Position numbers and translations under genes: made by a program. The notes under the pieces were generated by a model. That model was not told the DNA's origin. It saw only the letters and a program-made list of their open reading frames with translations, and searched no databases. From the human T2T-CHM13v2.0 reference genome, Homo sapiens: 64,000 nucleotides of DNA. Below, piece by piece: positions 26,901 to 40,157 of this stretch (the stretch's first letter is position 1; every line of letters starts with the position of its first letter). Location: assembly GCF_009914755.1 (NCBI RefSeq), contig NC_060938.1. One strand, 5' to 3'.

Positions 26901-29258
26901 AGGGTTTTTCGTGTCTCTATCTCCTTTAGTTCTGCTCTAATCTCACTTATTTTTTGTCTTCCGCTAGCTTTTGGATTTGTTTGCTCTTGCTTCTCTACTT
27001 CTTTTAATTGCGATATTAGGGTTTTGATTTTAGATCTTTTCTGCTTTCTTCTGTGGGCATTTAGTGCTATAAATTTCCTTCTAAACACTGCTTTAGCTGT
27101 GTCCCAGAGATTCTGGTACATTGTGTCTTTATTCTCATTGGTTTCAAAGAACTTAATTATTTCTGCCTTAATTTCAATATGTACCCAGTAGTCATTCAAG
27201 AGCAGGTTGTTCAGTTTCCACGTAGTTGTGAGGTTTTGAGTGCATTTCCTAATCCTGACTTCTAATGTGATTGCACTGTGGTCTGAGAGACTGTTTGTTA
27301 CAATTTCCATTCTTTTGCATTTGCTGAGGAGTGTTTTACTTCCAATGATGTGGTCAATTTTAGAATAAGTGTGATGTGGTGCCGAGAAGAATGTATATTC
27401 TGTTGATTTGGGGTAGAGAGTTCTGTAGATGCCTATTAGGTCCGCTTGGCCCATAGCTGAGTTCAAGTCCTGAATATCCTTGTTAACTTTCTGTCCGTTG
27501 ATCTTCTAATATTGACAGTGGGGGTGTTAAAGTCTCCCACTGTTATTGTGTGGGAACTTAAGTCTCTTTGTAGGTCTCAAAGAACTTGCTTTATGAATCT
27601 GGGTGCTCCTGTTTTGGGTGCATATATATATTTAGGATAGTTAGCACTTCTTGTTGCATTCATCCCTTTACCATCATGTAATGCCCTTCTTTTCTTTTTT
27701 GATCTTTGCTGGTTTAAAGTCTGTTTTATCAGAGACTAGGATTGCAACCCCTGCTTTTTTTTTTTTTGCTTTCCATTTGCTTGGTAAAGATTCCTCCATC
27801 CCTTTATTTTGAGCCTATGTGTGTCTTTGCACGTGAGATGGGTCTCCTGAATACAGCACACCAATGGGTCTTGACTCTTTATCCAATTTGCCAGTCTGTG
27901 TCTTTTAATTGGGGCATTTAGCCCATTTAAATTTAAGGTTAATATGGTTATGTGTGAATTTGATCCTGCCATTATGATGCTAGCTGGTTAATTTGCCTGT
28001 TAGTTGATGCAGTTTCTTCATAGTGTCAATGGTCTTTACAATTTGCTGTGTTTTTGCAGGGGCTGGTACCGGTTTTTCCTTTCCATATTTAGTGCTTCTT
28101 TCAGGAGCTCTCGTAAGGCAGGCCTGATGGTGACAAAATCTCAGCATTTGCTTGTCTGTAAAGGATTTTATTTCTTCTTCGCTTATGAAGGTTATTTTGT
28201 CTGGATATGAAATTCTGGGTTGAAAATTCTTTTCTTTAAGAATGTTGAATATTGGCCCCCACTCTCTTCTTGCATGTAGGGTTTCTGCCAAGAGATCTGC
28301 TGTTAGTCTGATGGGCTTCCCTTTGTCTCTGACTGCCCTTTCTTTGTCTCTGACTGCTTCCCTTTCTCTCTGACTGCCTTTAACAGTTTTTCCTTCATTT
28401 CAACCTTGGTGAATCTGATGATTATGTGTCTTGGGGTTGCTCTTCTCAAAGAATATCTTTGTGGTGTTCTCTATATTTCCTGAATTTGAATGTTGGCCTG
28501 ACTTGCTAGGTTTTGGAAGTTCTCCTGGGTAATATTCTGAAGAGTGTTTTCCAGCTTGGTTCCATTCTCCCCATCACTTTCAGGTACACCAAACAAACAT
28601 AGGTTTGGTCTTTTCGCATAGTCCCATATTTCTTGGAGGCTTTGTTTGTTCCTTTTCATTCTTTTTTCTCTAACCTACTGTTCACTCTTTATTTCATTAA
28701 GTTGATCTTCAATCCCTGATATCCTTTCTTCCGCTTGATTGATTCAGCTCCCTCAGGGTGGGTTCTGCTGAGCTAGACCACTTGGTTCCCTGGCTTCAGC
28801 CTCCTTTTCAGGGGAGTGAACGGTTCTGTCTCGCTGGCATTCCAGGCACCACTGTGGTATGAAAAAAAACTCCTGCAGCTAGATCGGTGTCTGCCCAAAT
28901 GGCTGCCCACTTTTGTGCTTGAAACCCAGGGCCCTGGTGGTGTGGGCACCCGAGGGAATCTCCTGGTCTGTGGGTTGCAAAGACCGTGGGAAAAGCATAG
29001 TATCTGGGCTGGAGTGCACCATTCCTCAAGGCACAGTCCCTCAGAGCTTCCCTTGGCTAGGGGAGGGAGTTCCCTGACTCCTTGTGCTTCCCGGGTGAAG
29101 CAATGCCCCAACCTGCTTCAGCTCACCCTCCGTGGGCTGCATCCACTGTCTAACCAGTCCCAATAAGATGAGCCAGGTACCTCAGTTGGAAATGCAGAAA
29201 TCACCTGCCTTTTGCATCGATCTCACTGGGAGCTGCAGACCAGAGCAGTTCCCATTCC
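23967..29258 (-). mobile_element. Near full-length L1PA (L1PA7/8-like), inactive, with internal deletion
   Basis: ORF track gives fragmented ORF1 (28471-28659, 27980-28291) and ORF2 EN/RT/C-terminal pieces (27736-27972, 26840-27466, 26188-26781, 24321-24788); 5'UTR at 28750-29258; poly-A at ~23968. Confidence 0.95.
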
Positions 29259-29553
29259 TTTTTTTTTTTTTGAGACAGAGTCTCACTGTGTCACCCAGGC
29301 TGGTGTGCAGTGGCATGATCTCAGCTCACTGCAACCTGTTCCTCCCAGGTTCAAGTGATTCTCTGGCCTCAGGTTCCTGAGTAGCCAGGATTACAGGTGC
29401 CTGCCACCACACCTGGCTAACTTTTGTATTTTTAGTAGAGATGGGGCTTTGTCATGTTGGCCAGGCTGGTCTTGAACTCCTGACCTCAGGTGATCCACCC
29501 ACCTTGGCTTCCCAATGTGCTGGGATTACAGGGGTGAGCTACTGTACCTGGCC
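29259..29553 (-). mobile_element. AluS abutting the L1 5' end
   Basis: Reverse Alu dimer whose tail directly joins the L1 5'UTR. Confidence 0.9.
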
Positions 29554-30699
29554 TCTGATGGTTTTATAAGGCAGTTTTCCCTGCTTTTGCTAACTCTCTC
29601 CTGCTCTTGCTAACTCTCTCCTACTGCCATGTGAAGAAGGTCTTTGCTTTCCCTTTGCCTTCTGCCATGATTGTAAGTTTCCTGAGGCCTCCTCAGCCAT
29701 GCAGAACTGTGAGTCAATTAAACCTCTTTTCTTTATAAATTACCCAGTCTCAGCAGTTCTTTATAGCAGTATGAAAACAGACTTATACAATGGGGGACCC
29801 AGGATGGCGGAGGAGAGGAGGGGTAGGATTATCCAAGATAGTTCTAGGAGGAAAGCAGGTGCACATTGTACTTTGAAGGACAAGGTTAATTCCTGTTAGT
29901 GGCTAGTGAGAAAAGAGCATGGGCAGTGGGGGAATAGTTTCAGCAAATGTATGCAGGCAGGAGTGAACATAGTTTATAGCACAAGGCAGAGGAAACTATC
30001 CTGGTTAGAGCAGGTGGGCTACTTTGGGGAGGGACTTTGCAATAAAACCTCTGGGGGCAAGACTTTGGACTGGCTTCAGTAGGACTTAGGCATCAGCTCA
30101 AGTTCTTGAGCAGGAAAGTGAGATGATGAATGTGGTGACTAAGGAAGATTAAAATGCAAGGTACACAGTTCAGTGCCACGGACAGGACTTGAACAATGTA
30201 CATGACACAGCTATATAGATTAGGTCTTCATAACAAGGGGCTCTCCAACACAGTCATTGTCCAAGTCTCTCCTTTGGCACTAGGTATTAAAACAAAAGGC
30301 TGTCATTCAAAATGTAGCTAACACAAAAGGTAGATTTTTTTTTTTTCCCTTTTCTGGCTTAGTGAGTTTAACTGACACTGTATTACTTTTCTGGAAAACT
30401 ACTGCCCACAAATAAAACCTATGAGTGTTTGTGTGTCCACCACAAAGCTTGTGTAAGGTGCTATGCTATTTTGTCAGTGTTGATGGTGGGTCCCTCTAAC
30501 AGAGCTCTGCCATCTGCTCCTGAATCCCTCAGCAGGTGCTAGAAAGGTCTGAGGAGCCTCAGGGCATGAATGTCTAGAATTGGCCTGGGTGCCGGGTTCC
30601 ATGTAGACCTGTAGTAGATGAACTCCTCTTCAGAGACAAGCCGAGAGCGTGGAAGCCGGGTTTCACTTGTTTTTTTATAAAATTGGCAAATCAAACTTT

Positions 30700-31005
30700 G
30701 ACTGGTGCAGTGGCTCACGCCAGTAATCCCAGCACTTTAAGAGGCCAAGGCGGGTGGATCACTTGAGGTGAGGAGTTGGAGACCAACCTGGCCAACATCA
30801 CGAAACCCCATCTCTACTAAAAATACAAAAATTAGCTGGGCATGGTTGTGCACACCTATAGTCCCAGCTACTCAGGGGGCTGAGACAGGAGAATTGCTTG
30901 AATTCAGGAAGTGGAGGTTGCAGTGAGCTTAGATGGCACTACTGCCCTCCAGCCTGCGTGACAGAGTGAGACTCTGTCTCAAAAAAAAAAAAAGAAAAGA
31001 AAAAA
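30700..31005 (+). mobile_element. AluS
   Basis: Forward Alu dimer with A tail. Confidence 0.92.
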
Positions 31006-31684
31006 CCTTAAACACACGTAAGTGAACTTACCCCCAGGGCTCAATGAATAAGGGAGTGGGAGAAAGGTGAATCCAGCTGCTCAGGTGCTAAGTGGTCATC
31101 TGGGATGGCAGAATAGGTGACAGTGCAAGCCAGTGGTTCCTCCATGTCCACCCTGCGAAAGGCTCTGTACCAGGTACGGGAAGATGCAAAGCTGGCTGGG
31201 CCCAAGTCCCTGCTCTCAAGTGGGGAAGCCACAGCTACAGCTCCTCAGATGTCACCTCTTCTAGGACCCTTCTATCCCATTCAGGTGCCTCACTGGGACC
31301 CCACAGGCTCACCTGTTGATACTGAGCACGCTGCTTGCTGCACTGGATGGTCATTTGCTGACTTCTGTCTTCCTATGCTCCTTCTATTGCATCACTGCTG
31401 GGACCTATGTTTTACACAATTGACTGTCCGGTGAAATAGGGGAAGTGAATTTAAATCTAGGTGAGAGGGCGAATGAAAAATTTTGAGGTGCACTTGAAAA
31501 AAGCCAAACTCATACAAATGGAGAGTAGAAGAATGGTTACCAGGGGTCAAGGGGTTGGAGAAATAGGGAAATGTTAGTCAAAGCGTACAAACTTGTAGTT
31601 AGTTCCAAGATGAGTAAGTTCTGGAGACTTAATATACAGCACAGTGACTATAGTTCATGTATACCTGAAATTTGCTAAGGGAGT

Positions 31685-33805
31685 TGATATGGTTTGGCTG
31701 TGTTCCCACCCAAATCTCATATTGAATTGTTGTTCCCATAATCCCCACATGTCATGGGAGGGACCCAGTGGGAGGTAATTGAATCATCAGGGTGGTTACC
31801 TCCATGCTTTTCTCTTGATAGTGAGTGAGTTCTCATGAGATCTGATGGTTTTATAAGGGGCTTTTCCCCACCTTCACTCTGCAGTTATCCTTGCTGCTGC
31901 CATGTGAAGAAAGATGTATTTGCTTCCTCTTTTGCCATGATTGTAAGTTTCCTGAGGCCTCCCCAGCCTGCAGGACTGTGAGTCAATTAAACCTCTCTCT
32001 TTTATAAATTACCCAGTCTTGGGCATGTCCTTACAGCAGCATGAGAATAGACTAATACAGTCAATTTGTACCAGGAGTGGGGTCCTACTATAAAGGTACT
32101 TGAAAATGTGGGAGCGACTTTGGAACTGCACAACACGCAGAGGTTGGAACAGTCTGGAGGGCTCAGAATAAGATAGGAAAATGTGGGAGAGTTTGGAACT
32201 TCCTAAGACTTGTTGAATGGCTTCGACCAAAATGTTGATAGTGATATGGACAATAATGTCCAGGCTGAGGTGGTCTCAGATGGAGATAGGGAACTTGTTG
32301 GAACTGGAATAAAGGTCACTCTTGCTATGCAAAAAGACTGGTGGCATTTTGCCCCTACCCCAGAGATTTGTGGAACTTTGAACTTGACAGAGATGATTTA
32401 GACTATCTGGTGCAAGAAATTTCTACATGGCAAAGCATTCAAGAAGAAGCAGAGCATAAAAGTTTGGAAAATTTGCAGCCTGACAATGTGGTAGAAAAGA
32501 AAAACCCATTTTCTGGGGAGAAATTCAAGCCTGCTACAGAAATTTGCAAAAGTAATGAGGAATCCAACGTTAATCACCAAGACAATGGGGAAAATGTCTC
32601 CAGGGCATGTCAGAGACCTTCATGGAAGCCCATCTCATCACAAGTCTGGAGGCCTAGAAGGGAAAGGTGCTTTCATGGACCAGGCCCAGGGCCCCGCTTC
32701 TCTGTGCAGCCTCAGGACATGGTGCCCTGCATCACAGCTGCTTCGGCTCCAGCCATGGCTAAAAGCGGCCAAGGTACAGCTCCAGCCATTGCTTCAGAGG
32801 GTGCAAGCCTTAAGCCTAGGCAGCCTTCACATGGTGTTGGTTCTGGGGGGCACAGAAGACAAGAATTGAGGTTTGGGAACCTCTGCCTAGATTTCCGAGG
32901 ATGTATGGAAATGCCTGAATGTCCAGGCAGAAGTTTGCTGCAGGGACAGAGCCCTCATGGAGAACCTCTGCTAGGGCAGTGTGGAAGGGAAATATGAGAT
33001 TGGAGGCCCCACAGAAAGTCCCCACTGGGACACTGCCTAGTGGAGCTGTGAGAAGAGGGCCACTGTACTCCAGACCCCAGAATGGTAGATCCACTGACAG
33101 CTTGCACCATGTGCCTTGAAAAGCCACAGGCACTCAATGCCAACCTGTGAAAGCAGCTTGGAGTGGGGGGTGCACCCTGCAAAGCCACAGGGGCAGAGCT
33201 GCCTAAGGCTGTGGAAGCCCACCTATTGCATCAGTGTAACCTGGAGGTGAGACATGGAGTCAAAAGAAATATTTTCAAACTTTAAGGTTTAATGACTGTC
33301 CTATTAAATTACAGACCTGGGTGGAGCCTGTGGTCCTTTTGTTTTGGCCGATTTCTCCCATTTGGAATGGCTGTATTTACCTAATGCCTTTACCCCCATT
33401 GTATCTAGGAAGTAACTAACTTGCTTTTGATTTTACAGGCTCATAGGAGGAAGGGACTTTCCTTGTCTCAGATGAAACTTTGGACTTGGACTTTTGAGTT
33501 AATGCTGGAATGAGTTAAGACTGGGGGACTGTTGGGAAGGCATGATTGTGTTTAGAAATGTGAGAACATGAGATTTGGGAGGGGCTGGGGTGGAATGACA
33601 ATGGTTTGGCTGTGTCACCACCCAAATCTCAACCTGTAGTTCTCATAATCCCCATATGTTGTGTGAGGAGCCCGGTGAAAGGTAATTGAATCATGGGGCT
33701 GGTTACCTCCATGCTGTTCTCATTATAGTGCATTCTCATGAGATCTTATAAGGGGCTTTTCCCCACTCCCCTTTGCTCTGCACTTCTCCATGCTGCTACC
33801 ATATA
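31685..33805 (+). mobile_element. THE1D-like provirus (5' LTR 31685-32059, internal 32060-33595, truncated 3' LTR) inserted into an L1M 3' fragment (~31500-33940)
   Basis: THE1 LTR consensus; MaLR internal sequence (ORF 32341..32997); polypurine tract agatttgggaggggctggggtggaa before the 3' LTR. Confidence 0.9.
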
Positions 33806-36320
33806 GGAATAGATCTTATAGATACCTTAATTAGCTTGATTGTGTAATCATTTCACAATGTATATATATTTATCAAAAATCACATGGTCCATACAATTTT
33901 TATTTGTCAGTTATATCTCAATAAAGCTGGAGGAAAATAATTTGGAGTTACCTTGGGACCATTTGCTTTCCTAAGAGAAGTGATTCACAAAACATTCTCC
34001 AGCAGCTCAGAAGGAAGCCACCTAGAGTGTTTCTGGACTCCAGGGTGGTTGTGGGACTCTGGGAAACTACAGCCACCAACAGGTGCATGGATGCCCAGCT
34101 GTCTGGACCAGATGGACAGTGGGTCAGAACTACTAGGAGGAAACGCCAATCACTTCTTACCCTCTCACTCCTCAGGGAGGAGAATGCCACCATAATCCCA
34201 ATGGCCTTGGTCCTCCTTGGGCTGGGAGTGGGGAGTGGCTTAGGATGATGGTGACGGCCACTGTGTAAATATTGCCCCTCACTCTACTGGTCAGTGTACA
34301 TTATGGCACCAAGTCTTAGGTTCTCATACTTGACCAGGTGACAACACGGTATTTGACAAGGAAAAAGACAAAAGATGATAGACTGCCACCTGGTTTAAGT
34401 GTGGTCATTGGTGGGCTTCTGTGTATTGTCACACGAAAAATCATATTTACCTCCTTCCTCCATATGCTCTCAGTTCTTCCTTGCCCTCTCTGTTCTTTCA
34501 CCTTATTCTAGAAGACACTTTTAGTTGGCTGGACAATAATAGACTAACTGTATGGGTGATGAAAAATGAAATCTCACATTCCATTCTCTAATGTTAAGTT
34601 CACTCTATTATGTTGGCATAATGAGTTGACACAAGAAACAGAGTGCTCACACACTCATACCAGGCAGTAGTGGTTACTTAGCAACAAACTGGAAACTGTG
34701 TTAAGTAGGTCTTGTTTGTGTCCAGGTTCATGTGCTATAAAGAGCTGGAGTCACTGTTGAATGTGGATGGACATTTTGTGCATGCATTGAGTTCTCCAGG
34801 TTCTATTGCAATGTAGTTACCTAACAAAGAGTTTGAAAGGCTGTAGTATTCCTGAAACTGTTTCATGGTTCTAGAGCTAATTTTAAGAGGAACTAATCTT
34901 ATCTGCTTATACTTGTCATTAATATACTCTTTGAGTTAGAACAATTTTCCTGGAGTAGCATAGAATAGCTATTCTTAAGATCTGTCTTAGTTTCTAAATT
35001 CATCAATCCCTCCTATTTTCTGTTGCTTCAGTGATCTTAGTGAACATGCTTTATTTCCATTTTACCTCCTGCAGTAGAGGCTCAGAGAGGAGAAGAACAG
35101 GTCCAAGGTCACATAGCTAGTGAGGGGCAGGACTAGGATTAAGCCTGAAATCCGCCCACTCTGTTATGTCTATGGTATTTGTAGGAGGTTTCTGGTTTGA
35201 GACTTAAACCATTAGAGTGTGTCTCCTAAAAGATGGCAGCAAGGGTGTTCTTGGGTGTCTGTGATGTATGTTATCACTCTCCCAAACTTCAGCATCAAAT
35301 GATCACTGTTCTGGCAGCCTTTCTCTCTGGATCAAGATGTAGGAGGGAATAAAGCCAGACTAGTCTCCACTGTATACCCTGCCTGCTGTGTCACTGGTGT
35401 CTTATTAGTATGTGCTGAATGAATGAATGAATGAATGGTTCTAATCCCATTCACTGCCAAGGTTTAAGCTTGCTATGAAAACTGAAGCAGAACATATGGT
35501 TTCTGTTACCCAATACTCAGGAGATTCTTTTTCTGCAAATGACACTACTTTTGCATGTTACTAGAGAATTATAAGTTCTCATTGTTCAAATTATTGTTCT
35601 CAATAATTATTGTGGTGACACAGGGAGAGAAACAGAGCTGCCCCCTCTTATGAAACTGAGCCAGTGTGAGTCAGGAAGGAGCATCAGCAGGTATTGTGGT
35701 GAAACAGGTGGCAGCGGACTGCCAATAGTTCTGTTTGCCAAGACAAACGCTATCCTAGGGCATGGCTTTAACGATCTCTGCATAGTCTTGCTGAGAAATT
35801 GTGTAGAAGCATTTGTAAATTGGTTCACTCCGTTTCATCCTGAATGTGAGCCGTTCTGACATAGGCTGACTTCTGAGGCATTTTGAGTTTTTGGGGCCAT
35901 GGCATCTATTTATAAGCTGGGTCTCCAAATATAAAGGAACAGAAGCCCTGCGTCGCCTCTCTCTCCAAGCCACATCCTGGGGCAGCGCCCTCCTCGTGTG
36001 CATCCTGTCTCTCCAGTTGTACCCAGATGTGAGGTTAGAGAAATCTGTGCTAGTCGACCATCATTCACTCTCTAATCATCTATTCATTAAATATTTCTTC
36101 TTTTCAAAAATCTCTCTCATAATAAATAGTCATCAACTTCTTGCCAAGTGCCAGACACTAATGGGAGAAGTAAAAATGAGAAAGTCATTTTTCACAGTGA
36201 AGAAGCCCCACTCATGGGACACAGTGTCTTTGTCTCTGGGGCCAATTGTCTTGAAGATTTACTGGCAAAAGAGGGGCCTTTACCACTCAGCAATGCAAAC
36301 AACTTAATATTGAATATTAG

Positions 36321-37502
<1,182 letters not shown>

Positions 37503-38381
37503 ACCATCCTTAATTCTTTCCACTGTGATGCCTTCCTTGTGTTTTGGGCATCTTCTTTCCCTCACAGGGAAAGACTTTTATCTCTGCCTCCTGATGACTC
37601 AGGGAATATCTTGATGGCCAAAGATTCATTCATGCAACCTCCTTGAACAGCAAACAGTTACCTTAGGTGTGATTCCCTGCCCTTCCAGTCTTTTATAAGG
37701 GAAAGGAGTTAATGGTATTAAGATTTAATTTATTCATGGATTTAAGTTATATCACACACTTTCTCATCCCTTCCCACTCCTGCCCTGACCCTTAGAAGTA
37801 ATTTCTGAGTAACTACAACCAGTTTTGGTTTTAAGCCACATATATTTGCATTATATGCAGCTGTACTTAACAGTCTGTATGTGTAGTTTCTTGTCTTAGA
37901 TCATAAGCTCATCTAGGCAAGGGTTGTACCTCATTTAGATGCCTTTTGTTCTGTCTTAGTTCCAAGCATGGTGCTAAGTGTGTAGAGCAAAGCTTTAGGA
38001 ATGTTTTTGCTAGATCGAAACAGGGTTTGCATTGGGGTTGAATAAAGGGTTCATTTCCTTTATGCAACAGAGGAGAGCATGCAGGACAGGAACTAAAAAC
38101 AGCCTTCAACTCTGCTTGTTGAAGAAACTGATGAATAAAGCTGGGATAAAATGCTCAGAGAAATAACAAGTGGGTGGCATGGCCAGGTTCTACCCCAACT
38201 AGGAGTAGTAAGGCCAGAGGCAACTGGGCAGCGCTATTCCCCTTCATAGTTTTGAAATTCAAATTCCAAAGCAAACAAAATATTGTACTGGCCTAAGAAA
38301 CCGAGAACCCCATCCTCAGAAACCAAGGGGTGAGGGAAGTTTTCTCTTCCTTGGAATGAACAATAATATTAGCAAACCCTT

Positions 38382-38796
38382 TGCTATAGTTCGGCTGTTT
38401 GTCCCCTCTAAAACTCATGTTGAAGTTTGGTCCACAATGTTGGAGGTGGGGCCTAATGGGAGGTATTTGTTCAGTGGGGTGGATCACTCACAAATGGCTT
38501 GGTGACATGCATGTGGTAATGAGTTCTTACTGTATTAGTTCCTGTCAAAGCTGGTCGTTCAAAAGAGCCTGGCATCTTTCCTCTCTCTCTTGCTTCCTCT
38601 CATGTGATCTCTGCACACATGGGCTCCCCTTTGCCTTCTGCCATGAGTGGGAGCAGTCTGAGGCCTTCACCAAAAGCAGATGCATGTGCCATGCTTCTTG
38701 TACAGCCTGCAGAACTGTGAGCCAGATAGACCTCTTTCCTTTATAAATCATCCAGCCTCAGGTATTCCTTTATAGCAACACAGATGGACCAAGACA
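38382..38796 (+). mobile_element. MSTB-like solo LTR
   Basis: TGCTATAGTTCGGCTGTTTGTCCCC...GATGGACCAAGACA; flanks ccctt/tcctt. Confidence 0.8.
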
Positions 38797-39027
38797 TCCT
38801 TAGGATAACACTTTCTATGCTGCAAATGCTGTCCTCAACATTGGACTTGTACTGACTCATTTAATCCTCATCAACTCTACGAGAGTCAGTTATTTACTCC
38901 TTTTCACTTCTTTTAAAACTGTTTATTTGCTTGCTCTGTAAGGATGGAAACATTTTCCAGAATAATGAAAGAAAGAAGAAGAAATTAGCTTTTTGGAGAC
39001 AGGCACTATGTTCCCAACTTGTGACCC

Positions 39028-39991
39028 CAGGGTTGGCTACATAATTTGTGGGGCCCAGTGCAAAATAAAAATGTGAGTTTCCTTGCTCAAAAAGCAAAAC
39101 AAGAAAAAAAATCATTAGAGATACTAAAATAGAAAGCATTTTCCTTTCTTCCCTGGTCTCTCTCTCTCAGCTTTTCATGTATATTTTATATATTATTTAA
39201 TGCTGTAAGTAAAGAAAACTTATTAGCATGAATTTCAGCATTCATCTTTATGTTATGCAATGCCATTTTTAAATGCAAACATGAATGCATTAAACTTGTT
39301 TATGGAACCACGGAATTTTGTAGTTTGCATGTGCCTATGTACTTTATTTTTACCAGGACAGTGTTTGAAATGCTGCCAAAAACAAGCTAATCTGTTTTCC
39401 TTTCACTTCTTGATATGTGCACGTTTCATCAGCACTCTTTGCCTTCCTGTTGAGGGGAGTAGGGAGGACTGAAAGGAACAGGAGCTCTGGGGCCCTTCTC
39501 TCCCCTTTCCTTCTAAGTCATCTTCAGTGGGTGTGGTTGGCCAATGCAGGGAAGCAGCACCAGTAAGGAAGGATGTGATGGGGCATCTTGCCATGGTGTG
39601 GGTTAGAATACCATTGCCTTCTTTCTGTATTTGAAGCAAGTCTCCTAGTTTGAATAGAAATTTCGGGCTCTGGGCAGAACACAGTTACCTTGGACTCACT
39701 TTGAGCCTCTCTGAACTGCCATGCCTGTGGGTCCCCAGAACTCCATGTTCATGGAGCATCGTGAACACTCTCTGTAACTGGCAGCAAGGAAGGGTGAACG
39801 CGACTTGTACCTCCTTCCTCTGCTCACAGACATGTTCTAGCATCCCATAGGACTTCACTTGCAAAACACAAGTTCAAAGATAAAATTGTTGAGAATTTCA
39901 AGATGGCCACAACAGGAAACCAAGCTCAGGGCCCCTCTGAGCTCCGGACCCTGTACAACTGCCCAGGTCATTTACCTATGCAGCTGGCCTG
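39028..39991 (+). mobile_element. MER45-family (hAT-Tip100) DNA transposon
   Basis: CAGGGTTGGCTACATAATTTGTGGGGCCCAGTGCAAAAT...; terminal gcagctggcctg. Confidence 0.7.
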
Positions 39992-40157
39992 GCCATAGGA
40001 AGTACTCAATAAATACTTGGTTAATGAATAAACAAATGTCACTTCTTAAGCACAGGCCTCGTTAACCAAAGCTCAATCTACTAATGGTAGACAACACAGA
40101 TATATTAATCCCTCAGTTAATTCTGTTTAAAAAAACTCCGAGCCAAGAGTTTTAATC

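Larger units (their letters stand above)
23801..29789 (+). mobile_element. MSTA/THE1D-like solo LTR split by L1 and Alu; TSD atggg
   Basis: 5' part 23801-23966, 3' part 29554-29789; atggg at 23796-23800 and 29790-29794. Confidence 0.85.
30539..36003 (-). pseudogene. Candidate decayed multi-exon protein-coding gene (non-processed, possibly unitary pseudogene), product unknown
   Basis: Phase-compatible minus-strand exons: ~36003-35646, 35532-35510, 35326-35210, 34851-34821, 34734-34661, 34507-34451, 34221-34161, 33970-33952, 31423-31313, 31209-31032, ~30673-30539. Nine internal exons have AG/GT ends; about 8 in-frame TAG/TGA stops. Detailed in findings. Confidence 0.6.

Noticed and set aside
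24029-29166. Reverse transcriptase/endonuclease-like ORFs
   Set aside because: Fragments of a frameshifted, deleted L1PA; not a novel RT system and not retrotransposition-competent.
32341-32997. 218-aa ORF
   Set aside because: Lies inside the THE1 internal region; a MaLR remnant with a non-ATG start, not a host gene.
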